From Octopus vulgaris (Eukaryota), in the NCBI GenBank assembly GCA_951406725.2, contig OX597819.1, positions 60,326,001-60,390,000 on the forward strand: DNA of 64,000 nucleotides, in the 5' to 3' direction. The notes below the pieces were generated by a model that saw nothing but the letters and a program-made list of their open reading frames with translations, was not told the origin of the DNA and did no database searches. Shown one piece after another: positions 1 to 12,785 of this stretch (position 1 is its first letter; each line of letters opens with the position of its first letter). The position numbers were made by a program, and so were the translations under genes.

Positions 1-49
1 CAGAGATTTTGGAATCCAAACATTTTACACAAAATGTATAACAACAATT

Positions 50-460
50 CTTTTACTCTTTTACTTGTTTCAGTCATTTGACTGCAGCCATGCTGGAGCA
101 CTGCCTTTAGTCGAGCAAATCAACCCCAGGACTTATTCTTTGTAAGCCTAGTACTTATTCTATCGGTCTCCTTTTGCTGAACTGCTAAGTTACAGGGACG
201 TAAACACAGCAGCATCAGTTGTCAAGCGATGTTGGGTGGGAGACAAACACAGACACAAACATAGACACACACATACATATATACATATACATATATACGA
301 CAGTCTTCTTTCAGTTTCCGTCTACCAAATCCACTCCCAAGGCTTTGGTCAGCCCGAGGCTATAGTAGAAGACACTTGCCCAAGGTGCCACACAGTGGGA
401 CTGAACCTGGAACCATGTGGTTCGTAAGCAAGCTACTTACCACACAGCCACTCCTGCACC
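50..460 (-). mobile_element. tRNA-derived SINE, family A (head + core + TA/TG microsatellite + GTAAAAGA tail)
   Basis: Minus strand has A-box-like TGGCTGTGTGG, B-box-like GGTTCAGTCCC, a CCTTGGGCAAGTGTCTT core and a tail shared with many other copies in the window. Confidence 0.85.
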
Positions 461-984
461 TATTCTGATGATCATTTAACAAGACATTTTACATGCAAAT
501 TTTTTATTTTTTGCTAATAAATTATTTTGTGAACAAAAATAAATAACCAAACAGTCCAAACATTGACATTTTGTTTTTTAATTAATCTGATCAATATTAA
601 CAGTGACATTTATTTTCTGTGAGTGTTGGGATTGAGTTGGCATCTTGCCTGTAGTGAACTTTAGTGATTTACTTGGTTCAGATCAGTTTTGCATCTCTAT
701 CATTCCTCAAGTCAGTGTTGTTATATTTAAGGCAGGGTGGGAAGGAGATGTCAGTACTTCTTATTCATGGACTGTCTGTCATTTTCATTGAATGACGATC
801 ATTTCACTTGACCATCATGAGCTTATTGTATACAGTGCTCAGGTGTGCTACTGCTTGTGAGTAAAAGTTAAAAGGGGAGTCAGAAAGCACAGAGATAAGT
901 CAAGTAAAGAACAACAGCAATAAAGGCTAGAAATACATTCACAGTTCACAGAATAAAACAAAAAACAGATAGAAAAGTGAATTT

Positions 985-1130
985 TCTTTTCTACTCTAGA
1001 CACAAGGCCCAAAATTTTTGTGGAGGGGGCCAGTCAATTAGACCGACCCCAGTATGCAATTGGTACTTAATTAATCGACCCCCAAAAAGATGAAAGGCAA
1101 AGTTGACCTTGGCAGAATTTGAACTCAGAA
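985..1130 (-). mobile_element. SINE family B fragment (central GCCTTTCATC...GGGGTCGAT domain)
   Basis: Matches fuller copies at 47830-48058 and 38330-38720, with CpG decay. Confidence 0.7.
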
Positions 1131-1319
1131 CTTAAATAATAATAATAATAATAAAAATGAACGAACTAGTGAGTTTAGTTTAATGGCCTACCAATGTATA
1201 CTATGAGTTTGTTTGCCCTAGGAGTCGGGAAGACACTCGGCAAGAAATGGAAGCAAATTTGAAAGAAGAAGAAAAACCCTCCTCAACAACAACAACAACG
1301 ATGACGACGCTGAAAAATA

Positions 1320-1485
1320 CCTTAGGAATGAGAACCCAGATTCGAAATTTCCCCAGGACACCTGATGAAGGCTGGAGGGTATATAAATGTTGTGTTAACA
1401 ACAAACAAGATGAGGACAAATATCCGTCAAATGTAAATAATGTAAATAATGTACATAATTCCTCATCTTTTAAATATAGAACTGT
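1320..1485 (+). mobile_element. Penelope-like terminal repeat fragment with damaged hammerhead core
   Basis: ACAC-CTGATGA-A-GGCTG...AAATGTT-GTGT: stem I and the 5' core are present, the 3' strand of stem II is missing. Confidence 0.45.
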
Positions 1486-1675
1486 ATTAAGTTTATTATT
1501 GGTTGATATGAATTTCTTTAAGCATGGCTATGAGTTTAAGATCCCCACTTCTCAATCACATGACATCAGGTTCAGTTCCTTGGTAAAATGTGATCTTCTA
1601 TAGCCATAGGCTGACCTAAGTCATGTAACTGTATTTAATAGACAGAAACTGAAAGAAGCCTATCATATACGTATA

Positions 1676-2078
1676 TCATCATCACTGACATTCTAACATT
1701 CGCTTTCCCATGCTTGCATGGGTGAGATGAAGTTTATTGAGGCAGATTTTCTTAGGCTGGATGCCCTTCCTGTCAGCACCCTTCACCTGTTTCTAAGCAC
1801 GGTAATTCTTTCCCATGGCCAGACATGGTTTTGCGGAATATTAGAAATGAATGAAACGACTTAAATTACAGTGTCACTCACAACTATCATGTGACGCCAG
1901 GACACACACACACACATCTATGATGTCTTCTTTCAGTTTCCCTCTGTCAGATCCACTCACAAAGTTTTTGATGTATCTGCAGCTATAGTAGAAGACACTT
2001 GCCCAAAGTGCTATGCAGTGGGATTGAACCTGGAACCATGTGGTGGGGAAATAAACTTCTTAGCCATGTCTGCACCTA
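1676..2078 (-). mobile_element. SINE with family-A head and RTE-type (GAT)n tail
   Basis: Head at ~1915-2078 matches family A. The tail contains GGCTGGATGCCCTTCC, shared with the RTE LINE 3' end at ~9457-9472. Confidence 0.65.
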
Positions 2079-2083
2079 TATGC

Positions 2084-2114
<31 letters not shown>

Positions 2115-2799
2115 GTATGTCTGTGTGTGTGTCTGTGTGTGTGTCCTTGTTTTGACATCATGTGCTAGATGTAAATGAGTGCCGCTGTCACAAACAGTGT
2201 CACTTATTTCCAGTATTTTGCACAAACATGTCTGGTCATGAGGAAACATTAGTTTGCTTAGAAACAGGTTAAGGTTGGTGACTGGAAGGGCATCCAGCCA
2301 AAGATCTACTTCAACAAATTCCTTCTGTACGGAAAAGCAGACATTAAAATGATGATGTTGATTATTATCAGCATCATGATGGTGGTGATGATGATAAGGA
2401 GGAGAATGATGATGACCATTCTACGAGCTGAAGATTGGAATTGCTGTTGATGTAACTTTGGAAAAACAAATTATTACATTTATCTTTCTTTCCTGCTTTT
2501 ATTTGAGAGTATGATTGTTTATATTTCAAAACTGTTCCAAATAATTTGTTCAGATTTTACCTTCTTGTCAACAAGCATCAGAAGAATGTCTTGGCCTGTA
2601 ACAACTTATATCCTTTGCACCTGTTGGAGACCAGCCAGTGCAATAATATCTGAGATGTTTGCTGACATCAGCTTCATTTATTATTTATTTTTATTTAATC
2701 TCTCTCCTCTTTTTTCCCCCTTCATCTGTCTATTTGGATGTAGAATCATGTCAGTAATTACCTGGATGTCATTGAAGTTCCCTTTGCAACCACCTGATT

Positions 2800-3088
2800 T
2801 CAAGTTCAATCCCACAGTATGGTGCTTTGTATAGCCCTTGTTCAACCAATGCCCTGTGAGTGAATTTGGTGGATGGAGACTGTGTGGATGCCTGTTGTGT
2901 GTGCATGAGCATATGTGTGTGTGTGTGTGGTGTGTTTATGTCCCTGTAACTTAGCAGTTCGGCAAAAGAGACCAATAGAATAAGTACTGGGCTTACAAAA
3001 AATAAGTCCTGGGGTCGATTTGCTCGACTAAAGGCGGTGCTCCATCATGGCTGCAGTCAAATGACTGAAGCAAGTAAAAGAGAGTAAG
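2800..3088 (+). mobile_element. SINE family A, internally deleted copy
   Basis: Degenerate head followed by the well-conserved 3' half (GAATAAGTACT...GACTAAAGGCGGTGCTCC...GACTGAA). Confidence 0.75.
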
Positions 3089-3989
3089 TATGTAAGAAGT
3101 AATGTTGGCAAATTTCTGAGTAAAAATTCTGTAAAAAATAGAAAAAAACATGATCATATACACCTTTGAAAACATATCTCTGCAAAATTTCATTAACAAA
3201 TATGCATTTTTAGTAAAGTTATGAGAAAACAAATAGAGGATGAGTTGTGGTGAGGCACTAAACTGTAGTTATACCCTGTTTTGTTGTTTAAAGTACGTCT
3301 GCTTAAACTGAAATATATGACAACAAAAGGTAACCAAGTAACTTGATACATAGTCAACAGATTCAAGTGTTGATAGTAACAATTGTCGAGTCATTTACTA
3401 GAAGACTACAGAGAGAGAGAGAGAGAGAGACAAAGTTAGAGAAAGATATAAGCCTATTTATAGCCGATATGGTCAGGTGTGGGGAACCATTCATCTGTGT
3501 CTTCAATTAGAATGACAGAGTGGTCAAGTTTATTTAGTTGATTGACGACTCTTCATTATAATTATCTTTCTGTACTATCTGACCATTGCACCATGCTAGT
3601 CATCTCTGAATTCATAGATAAGTTGGTGGTGGCAGGACAATTGAGTTATAAGAGTGTTGGATAAAATGCCTTGTGGTATTTATTCCAGCACCACCTTGTC
3701 TTCAGAGTTCAGATTCTGGTAATGTCAACGTTGCCATTTATCGTTCTGGGGTTGATAAATAAAATTTCTCTTGAGTTGAGAAACTGGTAGAAATGTTAGA
3801 GTTGGACAGAAGGTCATGTATTTACTCTGGGTCTTTGCATTTTGAGTTCAAATCCTGCCTTGGCTAACTTGCATGGAGAACTGGTAAACTTGACCTTGAC
3901 TTTTGATAAAGTCGAACAAACAATCCTAACCAGTTGAGATTCACAGAACAGGTTGTACTATTCATCCTTTTGATTTCTGAATACAAAAC

Positions 3990-4195
3990 ATGGCTTATGA
4001 GGCCTCTGTTTGGGTGATTTTCCTAAGTCACCATCTCAACCTTCTACACCAAGCCGTTGCAAGGTTTACTCACTTACAGATGAGTGGAGTGAAGCATTGT
4101 AAGATTAAGTGTTTTTCTTAAGAACACAGTGCACACCTAGTCTGGGAATCAAAACCATGGTCTTGCAATCTTGCAGCCACTAGATCATGCATCTG
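3990..4195 (-). mobile_element. Old tRNA-derived SINE (family C-like)
   Basis: Similar to 60815-61020 (GGACTGGAGCAA...TGCTCAAGAACA...GGAATCAAAACC). Confidence 0.5.
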
Positions 4196-4579
4196 GTAAA
4201 CTTAACCCTTAGCCTCATTTAACACCACCACATAGTCCTTAGTTGCCACTAGTAGTGTTCATTCTGTTGCTAGCATTTGAACTAGGTCTCTGTCTAAGGA
4301 TTTTTTAATGTTTTTCCCTCCCTTTTCCCCACCAGTCTTGGGAGGAGCTCTGTAAAGGATCATGGGCACTGCACTTTCCTTCTAAGAACTGAAGCTCAAT
4401 TACTATAAGGAATGAAGAATTGTCATTACTCAAATGAGAAATTAATTTGAGTGAAGAAAAGAGAGAAAGTGTTGTTGTTGTCTCCATTATAGCAACTGGA
4501 CTTAGTCAATTATTTCATCAACCCTCCTATACTATTGACCATTGTTAGTTTCCTCAGCTTCCATATTTTACCTCATATT

Positions 4580-5345
4580 GTTATATATGTTGTCCTCTGA
4601 AATGTAACATGAGCTCAGTGTGTAGAACACTCAGGTGCACTGCAACTAATTGGAAAAGGTTAAAAGGAAGCAGGTGCAGAAAGCAGTAATGAAAAACAGC
4701 AGTAATAACCTAATGTTCAGACATATGAAATATAACAATAGAAAAAGACAGAAAAGTGGACAGTAAAAGAGCCATAAAGAGGAAAGCATGCATAGGTACA
4801 TCAAGAGTAGTGTTGGTAAATTTCAGAAAGTATGGAATTTTTGAAGAATGCAGTGTACAGACAGCTAATATTTGACAAGTAGTTTATTCCATGATTTCAC
4901 AATTTCGAGAGCAAAAAAATCTTTATGAAAGTCATGGATTCTGCACTGTTTCTTACTATAAAAACATGCCCACAGGTTATCGAAATATTGATTTCAAAAT
5001 GTGGGCAAAAGTTGTAGCTGGAAAGATGGTGAATAATCTTGTTGGCTTTTACCAAGTCAGCTGCTAGACTTAGAAGCCTTAGTATGTCAATGCTCGGAGA
5101 AGCAAGATGTCCAAGATGTTATAAGTGACTGATGGAGGGTATTTGTTTGGTTGCATGACTTTGGACAGCTTCCAATAGATCAATATTCTGGACAAGCTGG
5201 AGATTCCAGATTGGAGATACAAACTGTAAGAATGGACATAGCGTAGCTGTATGTAGAGATTTATATGAATCTCTCTTATGTAGAATGATTTATTGAAATT
5301 ATAACAAATCTTAAATATATTTCTTACCATTAAGTTCTTCATTTA
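4580..5345 (-). mobile_element. CR1-like LINE 3' relic (RT C-terminus + 3' UTR)
   Basis: Minus-strand translation ...FVSPIWNLQLVQNIDLLEAVQSHATKQIPSISHL*...LAADLVKANKIIH resembles the CR1 motif W.P....DI..LE.VQRRATK.IP...RR...DL....KI. The downstream UTR recurs at 8760-8972 and 61025-61410. Confidence 0.75.
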
Positions 5346-6140
5346 CAGTGTATAGATGAACAGTGATTTTGAAATCTAGTTAAGAAAGTGAATGTCTTAT
5401 TAATGTCATTGTTCTTTTACTTAACAATAAAATATCAGATTTATGATACTCAGCACTGTTTTATTTTTTTTTCTGTTTGGTCCTTGATTAGTTCTGATTG
5501 AACAGACCTTTAATGAAAATGCATTCCAACGGGGCTGTCTTAACAGCTTTATTGGCTTGGAAAAATCAATGCACTGAGCTTTATGGTATTATTTATTGAA
5601 AGCAAGTCAGAGCATACATAGAATATAATTAGGGTCCTTGACCAATGAGGCCACCTGACAACTGCCCGGTAAGCCCATTGTGTACTTGTTTTAATAAGAT
5701 ATATAAGATTACACTACTTAATGTACCCTTTTCTTGTCTGAGATGATCCTTCAGAGTTTTGATGTTCACCTGTTTTCAGTCTATATAATGCATTCTACCA
5801 TTTTGTTCTGGGTTGTATGAGAAATAATACAATTATTAGCAAACTGTATGATTCATTTCTGAATCTGGTGCAAACAAACAAAATAAAATTAGTTGAGACT
5901 GGATGATTTCAAATTACTATAAAAAAGAATTTTAAGTATTATAAAAAGAAAAAGTTACTCCTATCTTCTCTCTTTGTACCTCAACAATAAGGGAATTTTC
6001 ATAAGTGGTAAACTTATGAAGTTTTCATAACCATGTGAAAAAAAGAATTGACTAAAAGCAAAGCAATATATAATATAATCATTAAAATTCAAGGAGACTA
6101 ATGATGCGTTGTGAGCTTATTGATTTAAGAGCATATTATG

Positions 6141-6270
6141 TCTGTGTGTGGTGTGGTGTGTGCATGTGTGTCTATGTATATATGTATGCATGCATGTATG
6201 TATATGTAATTATGCATCTATATATATAAGTTGATGAACCACCTATTATTCTCCTCCATTTTCTTATTTG

Positions 6271-6356
<86 letters not shown>

Positions 6357-6361
6357 ATATG

Positions 6362-6430
<69 letters not shown>

Positions 6431-6453
6431 GTATATATTTGTATGTGTATATA

Positions 6454-6487
<34 letters not shown>

Positions 6488-6643
6488 CATACATATATTT
6501 ATATATATGTATATATATATATGTATGTAGGAATGTATGTATATATATATATATACATACATACATATATATATATACACACATATATATGTATATATAT
6601 ATATATATATTTAAATATATATATATATTTGTATATATGTGTG

Positions 6644-6686
<43 letters not shown>
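6141..6686. repeat. Compound (TA)n/(TG)n/(TATG)n microsatellite
   Basis: Directly visible. Confidence 0.98.
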
Positions 6687-6688
<2 letters not shown>

Positions 6689-6890
6689 AAAAGTAACATA
6701 CTTAAAATTTATGCAGTTGAGGGAAGCAATGAAAAAAATTTTTTTTCAGAAAAGAAATACAAAAAAAAAAATTATAATAAAAGAGAAATAACAGAATTGT
6801 TTAGTTGAGATACTAATGAAGTTGGTGTTTATTTGCCAATTTTCGCTATAACTCTTGCATCCAATATCAATTGGTCACCTTGACTTTTAG

Positions 6891-6940
6891 ATTTTCACTG
6901 GATCTTGATGTTTCTGCTAAACGGGATGCGGATGGAGAAG
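6891..6940 (+). other. Candidate 50-nt internal coding exon (FSLDLDVSAKRDADGE)
   Basis: Pyrimidine-rich TTTTAG acceptor, AG|GTAAAA donor and an open frame in unique sequence. No partner exons identified. Confidence 0.25.
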
Positions 6941-8759
6941 GTAAAAGGAAAGACAAAGTGGGATGTGCATATGCTTTAATATTCATAAGTATCTTCAATA
7001 GGAGAAAAAAAATAAAACAAAGCAAAAACAAAAACTAATGAAGCTCTTCTAATTATGATGAAGCATCTTTTGTTCCACGGCAACTAGAATTATCATTTTA
7101 AAGATTGATTTAACAAATAAGCAAACCAAGGATGCAAATGTGGGATGTAAATAATCAATTACATCAGCAGTGTTTTATTACTGCAAACCAGTCCTGATTG
7201 TCTGAGTCTCTCCACTGCAGTGTATGAATGAATTATCATTGGATGTGCAGCTATTTGTCCTTCATGAAAGGGTGATGTCTGTAAAGTTCTTTTAATCAGT
7301 ATTCACGTTTTGATATCAGCTATTTCAGCCCATCATATTTTCCTAGCAACACCAAACAGTTTTCATACTTTCTTATTTTATTTTATTGTATTTTACTTTA
7401 TTTTATTTCTTATGAATTTGTTGATATCTTTAACAGTGGTGAATGTTCTTTCTGTATCTACTGAATGGAAAAAAAGTTTATTTTGGCAACAGGAAAGAAT
7501 AAAAATATGCTTAATCTCAGTGGCAAACGAGCATTGTTGTGTAGGCCGTAGGTTATCAGTAAATCTAGTCTGTGACCCAGTTTCAGTTCTTGGTTGCAGC
7601 CAATGCTTCACTCATGTTGCTGGTGCCTTCAGAATAGGCATGAATGCCACAACACACAATTTAGCTTGCATCTGAAGTCAGTATGGCTAATTTCCCATTG
7701 ATGAACATATATCAAGTTACAAAAAGGTGAATAACATCTGTTCTTTTTTTTTTTTTTTTTTTTTGCAAGAATCAAGTAAAACACAGATTTGTATGTTTGG
7801 CACAATGCCACAAATTATGTGAGTGAGTGGATGCAGTCAGGTGTATCGCCCCCTCCCACTTCTTCCTCAATATGTTACTGGTACTTGGGCCAATAATGGA
7901 ATCTCTATGTAGTCACTCAACCAGCAAGAAATAGCAGCCAATTCTTCTTTAGATCCTAACCTTACTAGCTTAAAAAAAGGTAAGACACATTGAATAAAGA
8001 AGTGCCAAATATACAGACAGGATGGTCATGGCTGGAATGTCTCTCTTTTTAGGAATGACTTGGAAACTAAACAACAGCAACAACATTACTGGTACTTATT
8101 TCTTTGATGCCTGGACAGAGGTGGAAGACCCACCACCACCACCAGCCCCCCCCCCCCCAATGAGATTTGAACACAGAGCATGGTAAACGACTAAACAGTA
8201 TAAAGAATTTTGTCTGGTATTCTACCATTTATGCCATTACTCCCTGCCTTTGCTACTTACCTTCCACCAGTCTTTGAAGTGTTCAAATTGAATATTTATT
8301 GATTACTTGTAACCCTGCCTTCATCAAAATATAGATAGTCATTCTAATATGACAATAAATTTTTTATGATTTTGAAATTTAAAAACAAAAAAAAAGTAGA
8401 TAAATAAATAAAGCAGGCGTAAAAACTAACAGTTAATATTTGTTTTTTGAAGTTAGTGTTTGTGAGTTGTTAATATTTTGTTAATTATATTAACCATAGA
8501 AACGCCTACATCATCAAATGGCTGTAGAGAATATTGACTGCTACTTATAACATTTGCAAAACTGCTGCATGGTAGTGAAGACATAATTGAAAACTCATTG
8601 ACCACCATGTTACAACACATGCACAAACAGAAGGATGACGTTCTTGTGGATTGGATGAAAGGGATTGCTTGTTCTGACACAAGCTACAGGCTGGTGGAAA
8701 TGTTAGTAGATTGTTCTAAGAAAGCATAAATGAAATGGAAAAACATTTATAACAACAAC

Positions 8760-8800
<41 letters not shown>

Positions 8801-8972
8801 AATTATTGTATACAGTGCTTTGGTGCACCACAACTTGTCAAAAGTGCATATAAAGCATGTCTGGAAAGTAAACAGTGTATGAGTCAGATACATGCTTGCG
8901 TGTGTATGGAGAGGAGAAAATTAGGTGAAGTGTTGGCGAATCTCAGGAAGCACGGAAGTTTTGAGGGATGCA
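8760..8972 (-). mobile_element. CR1-like LINE 3' end with (ATT)n tail
   Basis: Reverse complement matches 62330-62537. Confidence 0.7.
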
Positions 8973-9339
8973 GAAATATAGTGACAAAAGAGTGAAAGTA
9001 TTAATGCATATACCCATGCCCATTCCCTCTTTTTTTAGGATGGGGTAGCCACAACAAGACACACACCAGGCATTCCATTCATTTCCCAGTCTTGTATATG
9101 ACTATAAACTACATCCAGTAGTGGGACCCTGGGGCCCTGGTTTCTCTTAGCCACTATTGTTCCCAGATCTACTTTAGCCTGGAGTGGTAGCACCTGTAAG
9201 GGTCCCAGCTATGGGTTAACTAGCAAGTGCTCCTGCAACTGGGAGGTGGGAATCAGTAGAATGCAGTTGCCATATTCTCTGCGTGGCGTAAGAGGTGACT
9301 AAAAGGGGTAGGAGTGAGGGGACTAGAAATCCTCTCCTC

Positions 9340-10590
9340 CATCATCATCATCGTTTAGTGTCTGCTTTCCATGCTAGCATGGGTTGGATGGTTCAACTGG
9401 GGTCTGGGAAGCCAGAAGGCTGCACCAGGCCCAGTCTGATCTGGCAATGTTTCCACGGCTGGATGCCCTTCCTAACGCCAACCACTCCGTGAGTGTAGTG
9501 GGTGCTTTTTACATGCCACCGGCACAGGTGCCAGATGAGGCTGGCAAACGGCCATGATCGGATGGTGCTTTTTACATGCCACCGGCACGGGGGCCAGGCG
9601 AGGCAGGCAACGGCCACAAATGGATGGTGCTTTTTACGTGCCACCAGCACGAGGCCAGTCGGGGCGGCACTGGCAAGGGCCACATTCGGATGGTTCTCTT
9701 ACGTGCCACCAGCACTGGTATCACAGCTGCAATTTCCATTGATGTTGATCGATTTCAATTCTCACTTGCCTCAACAGGTCTTCACAAGTAGGGTTTTGTG
9801 TCCCCAGAAGGAAAGGTATGCATAAGTGGACTGGCACATCCCGGGTTATGGTCTCACTTGTCCTGCCGGTACTTCTCATGCACAGCACACTTCCAAAGGT
9901 CTCGGTCTCTAGTCATTTCCTCAGTGAGACCTAAAGTTCGAAGGTCGTGCTTCACCGCCTCGTCCCAGGTTTTCCTGGGTCTGCCTCTTCCACAGACTCC
10001 TTCAACCGCTAGGGTATGGCACTTTTTCACACAACTATCTTCATCCATTCTTGCCACATGACCATACCAGTGCAAACATCTCTCTTGCACACCACAACTG
10101 ATGCTTCTTAGGTCCAGCTTTTCTCTCAAGGTACTTACACTCTGTCAAGTATGAACACTGACATTACACATCCATCGGAGCATACTGGCTTCATTTCTTG
10201 CGAGCTTACGCATATGCTCAGCAGTCACGGCCCATGTTTCACTGCCATGTAGCATGGCTGTTCGTACACACGCATCATACAGTCTGCCTTTTACTCTGAG
10301 CGAGAGGCCTTTTGTCACCAGCAGAGGTAAGAGCTCTCTGAACTTTGCCCAAGCTATTCTTACTCTAGCAGTTACACTTTCAGCACACCCGCCCCCGCTA
10401 CTGACTTGGTCATCTAGGTAACGGAAGCTATCAACTATTTCTAGTTTTTCTCCCTGGAAAGTGACAGAAGTTGGTCTCAGAGCATTTTCAGTGTTTATTG
10501 CTCCTGAGCATCTGCCACATACAAAAACTATCTTCCTAGTTAGCCTTCCTTTGACATTGCTGCACCTCTTATGTGTCCATAGCTTACATG
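9340..10590 (-). mobile_element. 5'-truncated RTE-clade LINE (RT C-terminal half, 3' UTR, (GAT)n tail)
   Basis: Translation CKLWTHKRCS...CGRC...LEIVDSFRYL...RVRIAWAKFRELLPLL...LYDACVRTAMLHGSETW...WYGHVARM...GRGRPRKTW, with one in-frame stop. Confidence 0.92.
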
Positions 10591-10856
10591 TAAATCCATA
10601 TTTCTAAAAATACAGCAAATTTTATGATCGACATTATGAGGTACATTTAGTATGTAGGTATCTTCTTACCAAAAGCTGTGAATTGAAAGAAACATAAGAA
10701 TATTGGATACACAGCTCATAGTATTTGTACCAACTCTCTGCTCCCAGAGTTCAAATTCTGCTGAGGTCAACTCGCAATTGAAACCATCAGAAAATTGATT
10801 ATCAATCATTTGATAATTAAATGAGAATCTCCAGTTACATGGTTTCAGTTGCAAGT

Positions 10857-11024
10857 TGCTGCTGCTGCTGCTACTGCTGCCTCTCTTGTTGTTTTTGTTG
10901 TTGGTGCTCTGGTTTGTATTGATGCTGTTGATGTTGCTGCTGGGTTTTTTTTTTTTTTTGTTGTTCTTGTTACTACTTTTGCTGTTGTTGTTGTCAGTAT
11001 CATTGATGCTGGTATTGTTGTTGT
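10857..11024. repeat. Degenerate (GCT)n/(GTT)n low-complexity tract
   Basis: Directly visible. Confidence 0.9.
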
Positions 11025-11504
11025 TAAGCTTCAAGTCAGACCTGTTAGATCTTTACTTTAAGACATTGCATCAATGACAAATCCATTTCTTTTGAGATAT
11101 TTACAACTAATCTAATGTGCCCTTCCTTTTATTAAGAATTAAGTTGTAACAAGGGAGACATTTAGCTGCCATTTCTAGCAGTTCATGCTTTCCATTGGCT
11201 CATTAAATATAATTTGAACTTGTAGTTTTGTCTAAAATCAATGTAAAAGTTTAATTTACCTTGCAGCATTTTGGTAACTGACCAAGTTTAATGATTAAAG
11301 CACAGTAAACAGCATAACTGAAATGAATCCTTATATATCAACAAACAAAGCTAAGTTGAATGATGGCAACCACCAAAATGGTTGTTAAGCCTTTCTTTAT
11401 CATATTTCCGTTGAAATTCTACACTGTTTCAATTCATTTTGAAAATACAAGAATTTACTAAAACAATTTTGTTATTACTAAGCTGTTTAGAATTCAAAAT
11501 TGAA

Positions 11505-12055
11505 TTCGAAATCGAACCAAATTCGACGACTGGCACCCATGCCAACCTTCCTTCATTGGACACTAAACTCTGCTTGCGAAGACCTGTTGGGACAAATGAA
11601 ATTGAAATTGAACCAAATTCGATGACTAGCACCCATGCCAGTGGAGCACTAACAGCTCCATCTGAGCGGGATCTCTGCCAAAGCAGCTGTCTGGCTTCCG
11701 TGCCGGTGGCATGTAAAAAGCACCATTTGAGTGTGATCATTACCTGCGTTGCCTTACTGGCACTTGTGCCAGTGGCATGTGAACAAAATATTCGAGCAAG
11801 GTTGTTGCCAGTGCAACTGGAACTGACTCCTGTGCAGGTGGCACGTAAAAAACACCATGTGAGTGGCACGTAAAAGCACCCACTACACTCTCTGAGTGGT
11901 TGGCGTTAAGAAGGGCAGCTAGCTGTAGAAACTCTGCCAGATCAGATTGGAGCCTGGTGCAGCCATCTGGTTCGCCAGTCCTCAGTCAAATCGTCCAACC
12001 CATGCTAGCGTGGAAAGTGGACGTTAAATGATGATGATGAGGATGACGATGATGA
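11505..12055 (+). mobile_element. RTE LINE 3' UTR fragment with (GAT)n tail
   Basis: Reverse-complement similarity to 9340-9790, with repeated GTGGCAYGTAAAAAGCACC units. Confidence 0.85.
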
Positions 12056-12496
12056 AATTTTGATGGCAGATTTTAATTTAAATCACTTCAACCCTTTTTC
12101 ATACATGCAAACTTTCCATTTTAACAATTCAGTTACCATGTTCATGTTGAAAGTACTACACTGCCTTTGTTTCAATAAATTATGAAAACATTGAGTTTAA
12201 TAAAATATCTTTGTCCTTATTAAATTAGTGTTTAGAATATAAAACAAAATTAAATTTTGAAGGAAGATTTTAATTTAACTCTTTAACATTCAGATTATTC
12301 TGTTAAATGTAATGCTTATTTATTCACAATGTTTTGAATTAATTATGCATTATCTTGTAAGTTTGAGATTTTGATGATGGAGTCGTTTATTTTTAGAATA
12401 CTTTATAAGATAGGTGTGAGGGACCAGATCTGGCCTGTTCAAACATAAAGCAAGTAGAATATTTTGATTGGATATGGCCATTTTAAATCATTTTGG

Positions 12497-12785
12497 CCCT
12501 TTTTGATACCAACCTGTCTCAGATTTCCTCTGGTTTTATGATGCAAATTTCCTATTTTAACTCTTCAGCTACCATACTTATGTTGAAAATACTCCACTGC
12601 TTTTGTTTCATTTAATTGTGAAAATATAGAAGAATTTAGTAAAATAACTGTCTTTATTAAGTTTAAGTTTGGAACATGACTCAAAACTAATTTTGATGGA
12701 AGGTTTTAATCCAGATCTCCTTAAAACAGAAAGTTTGCATCACAGAATCAGGGGACTATTTCAGGTGGACTGGTATCAAAAGGGC
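12497..12785. mobile_element. Degenerate piggyBac-like MITE
   Basis: CCCTTTTTGATACC...GGTATCAAAAGGG termini and interior similar to 14835-15055. Confidence 0.6.

Noticed and set aside
6218-6808. Several overlapping ORFs rich in Y/I/C/V
   Set aside because: They are translations of a (TA)n/(TG)n microsatellite. The same applies near 13950, 28274, 48669 and 58487.
7310-8730. Short ORFs in unique sequence (7310-7675, 7393-7611, 8453-8680)
   Set aside because: No recognisable domain and no consistent splice signals or phase.
9501-9716. Repeat-spacer pattern resembling a CRISPR array
   Set aside because: It lies in a LINE 3' UTR in eukaryotic DNA, the units are degenerate and there are no cas genes.
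10666-11077. Poly-Leu/Val and poly-Asn ORFs that look like membrane proteins
   Set aside because: They derive from a trinucleotide low-complexity tract.
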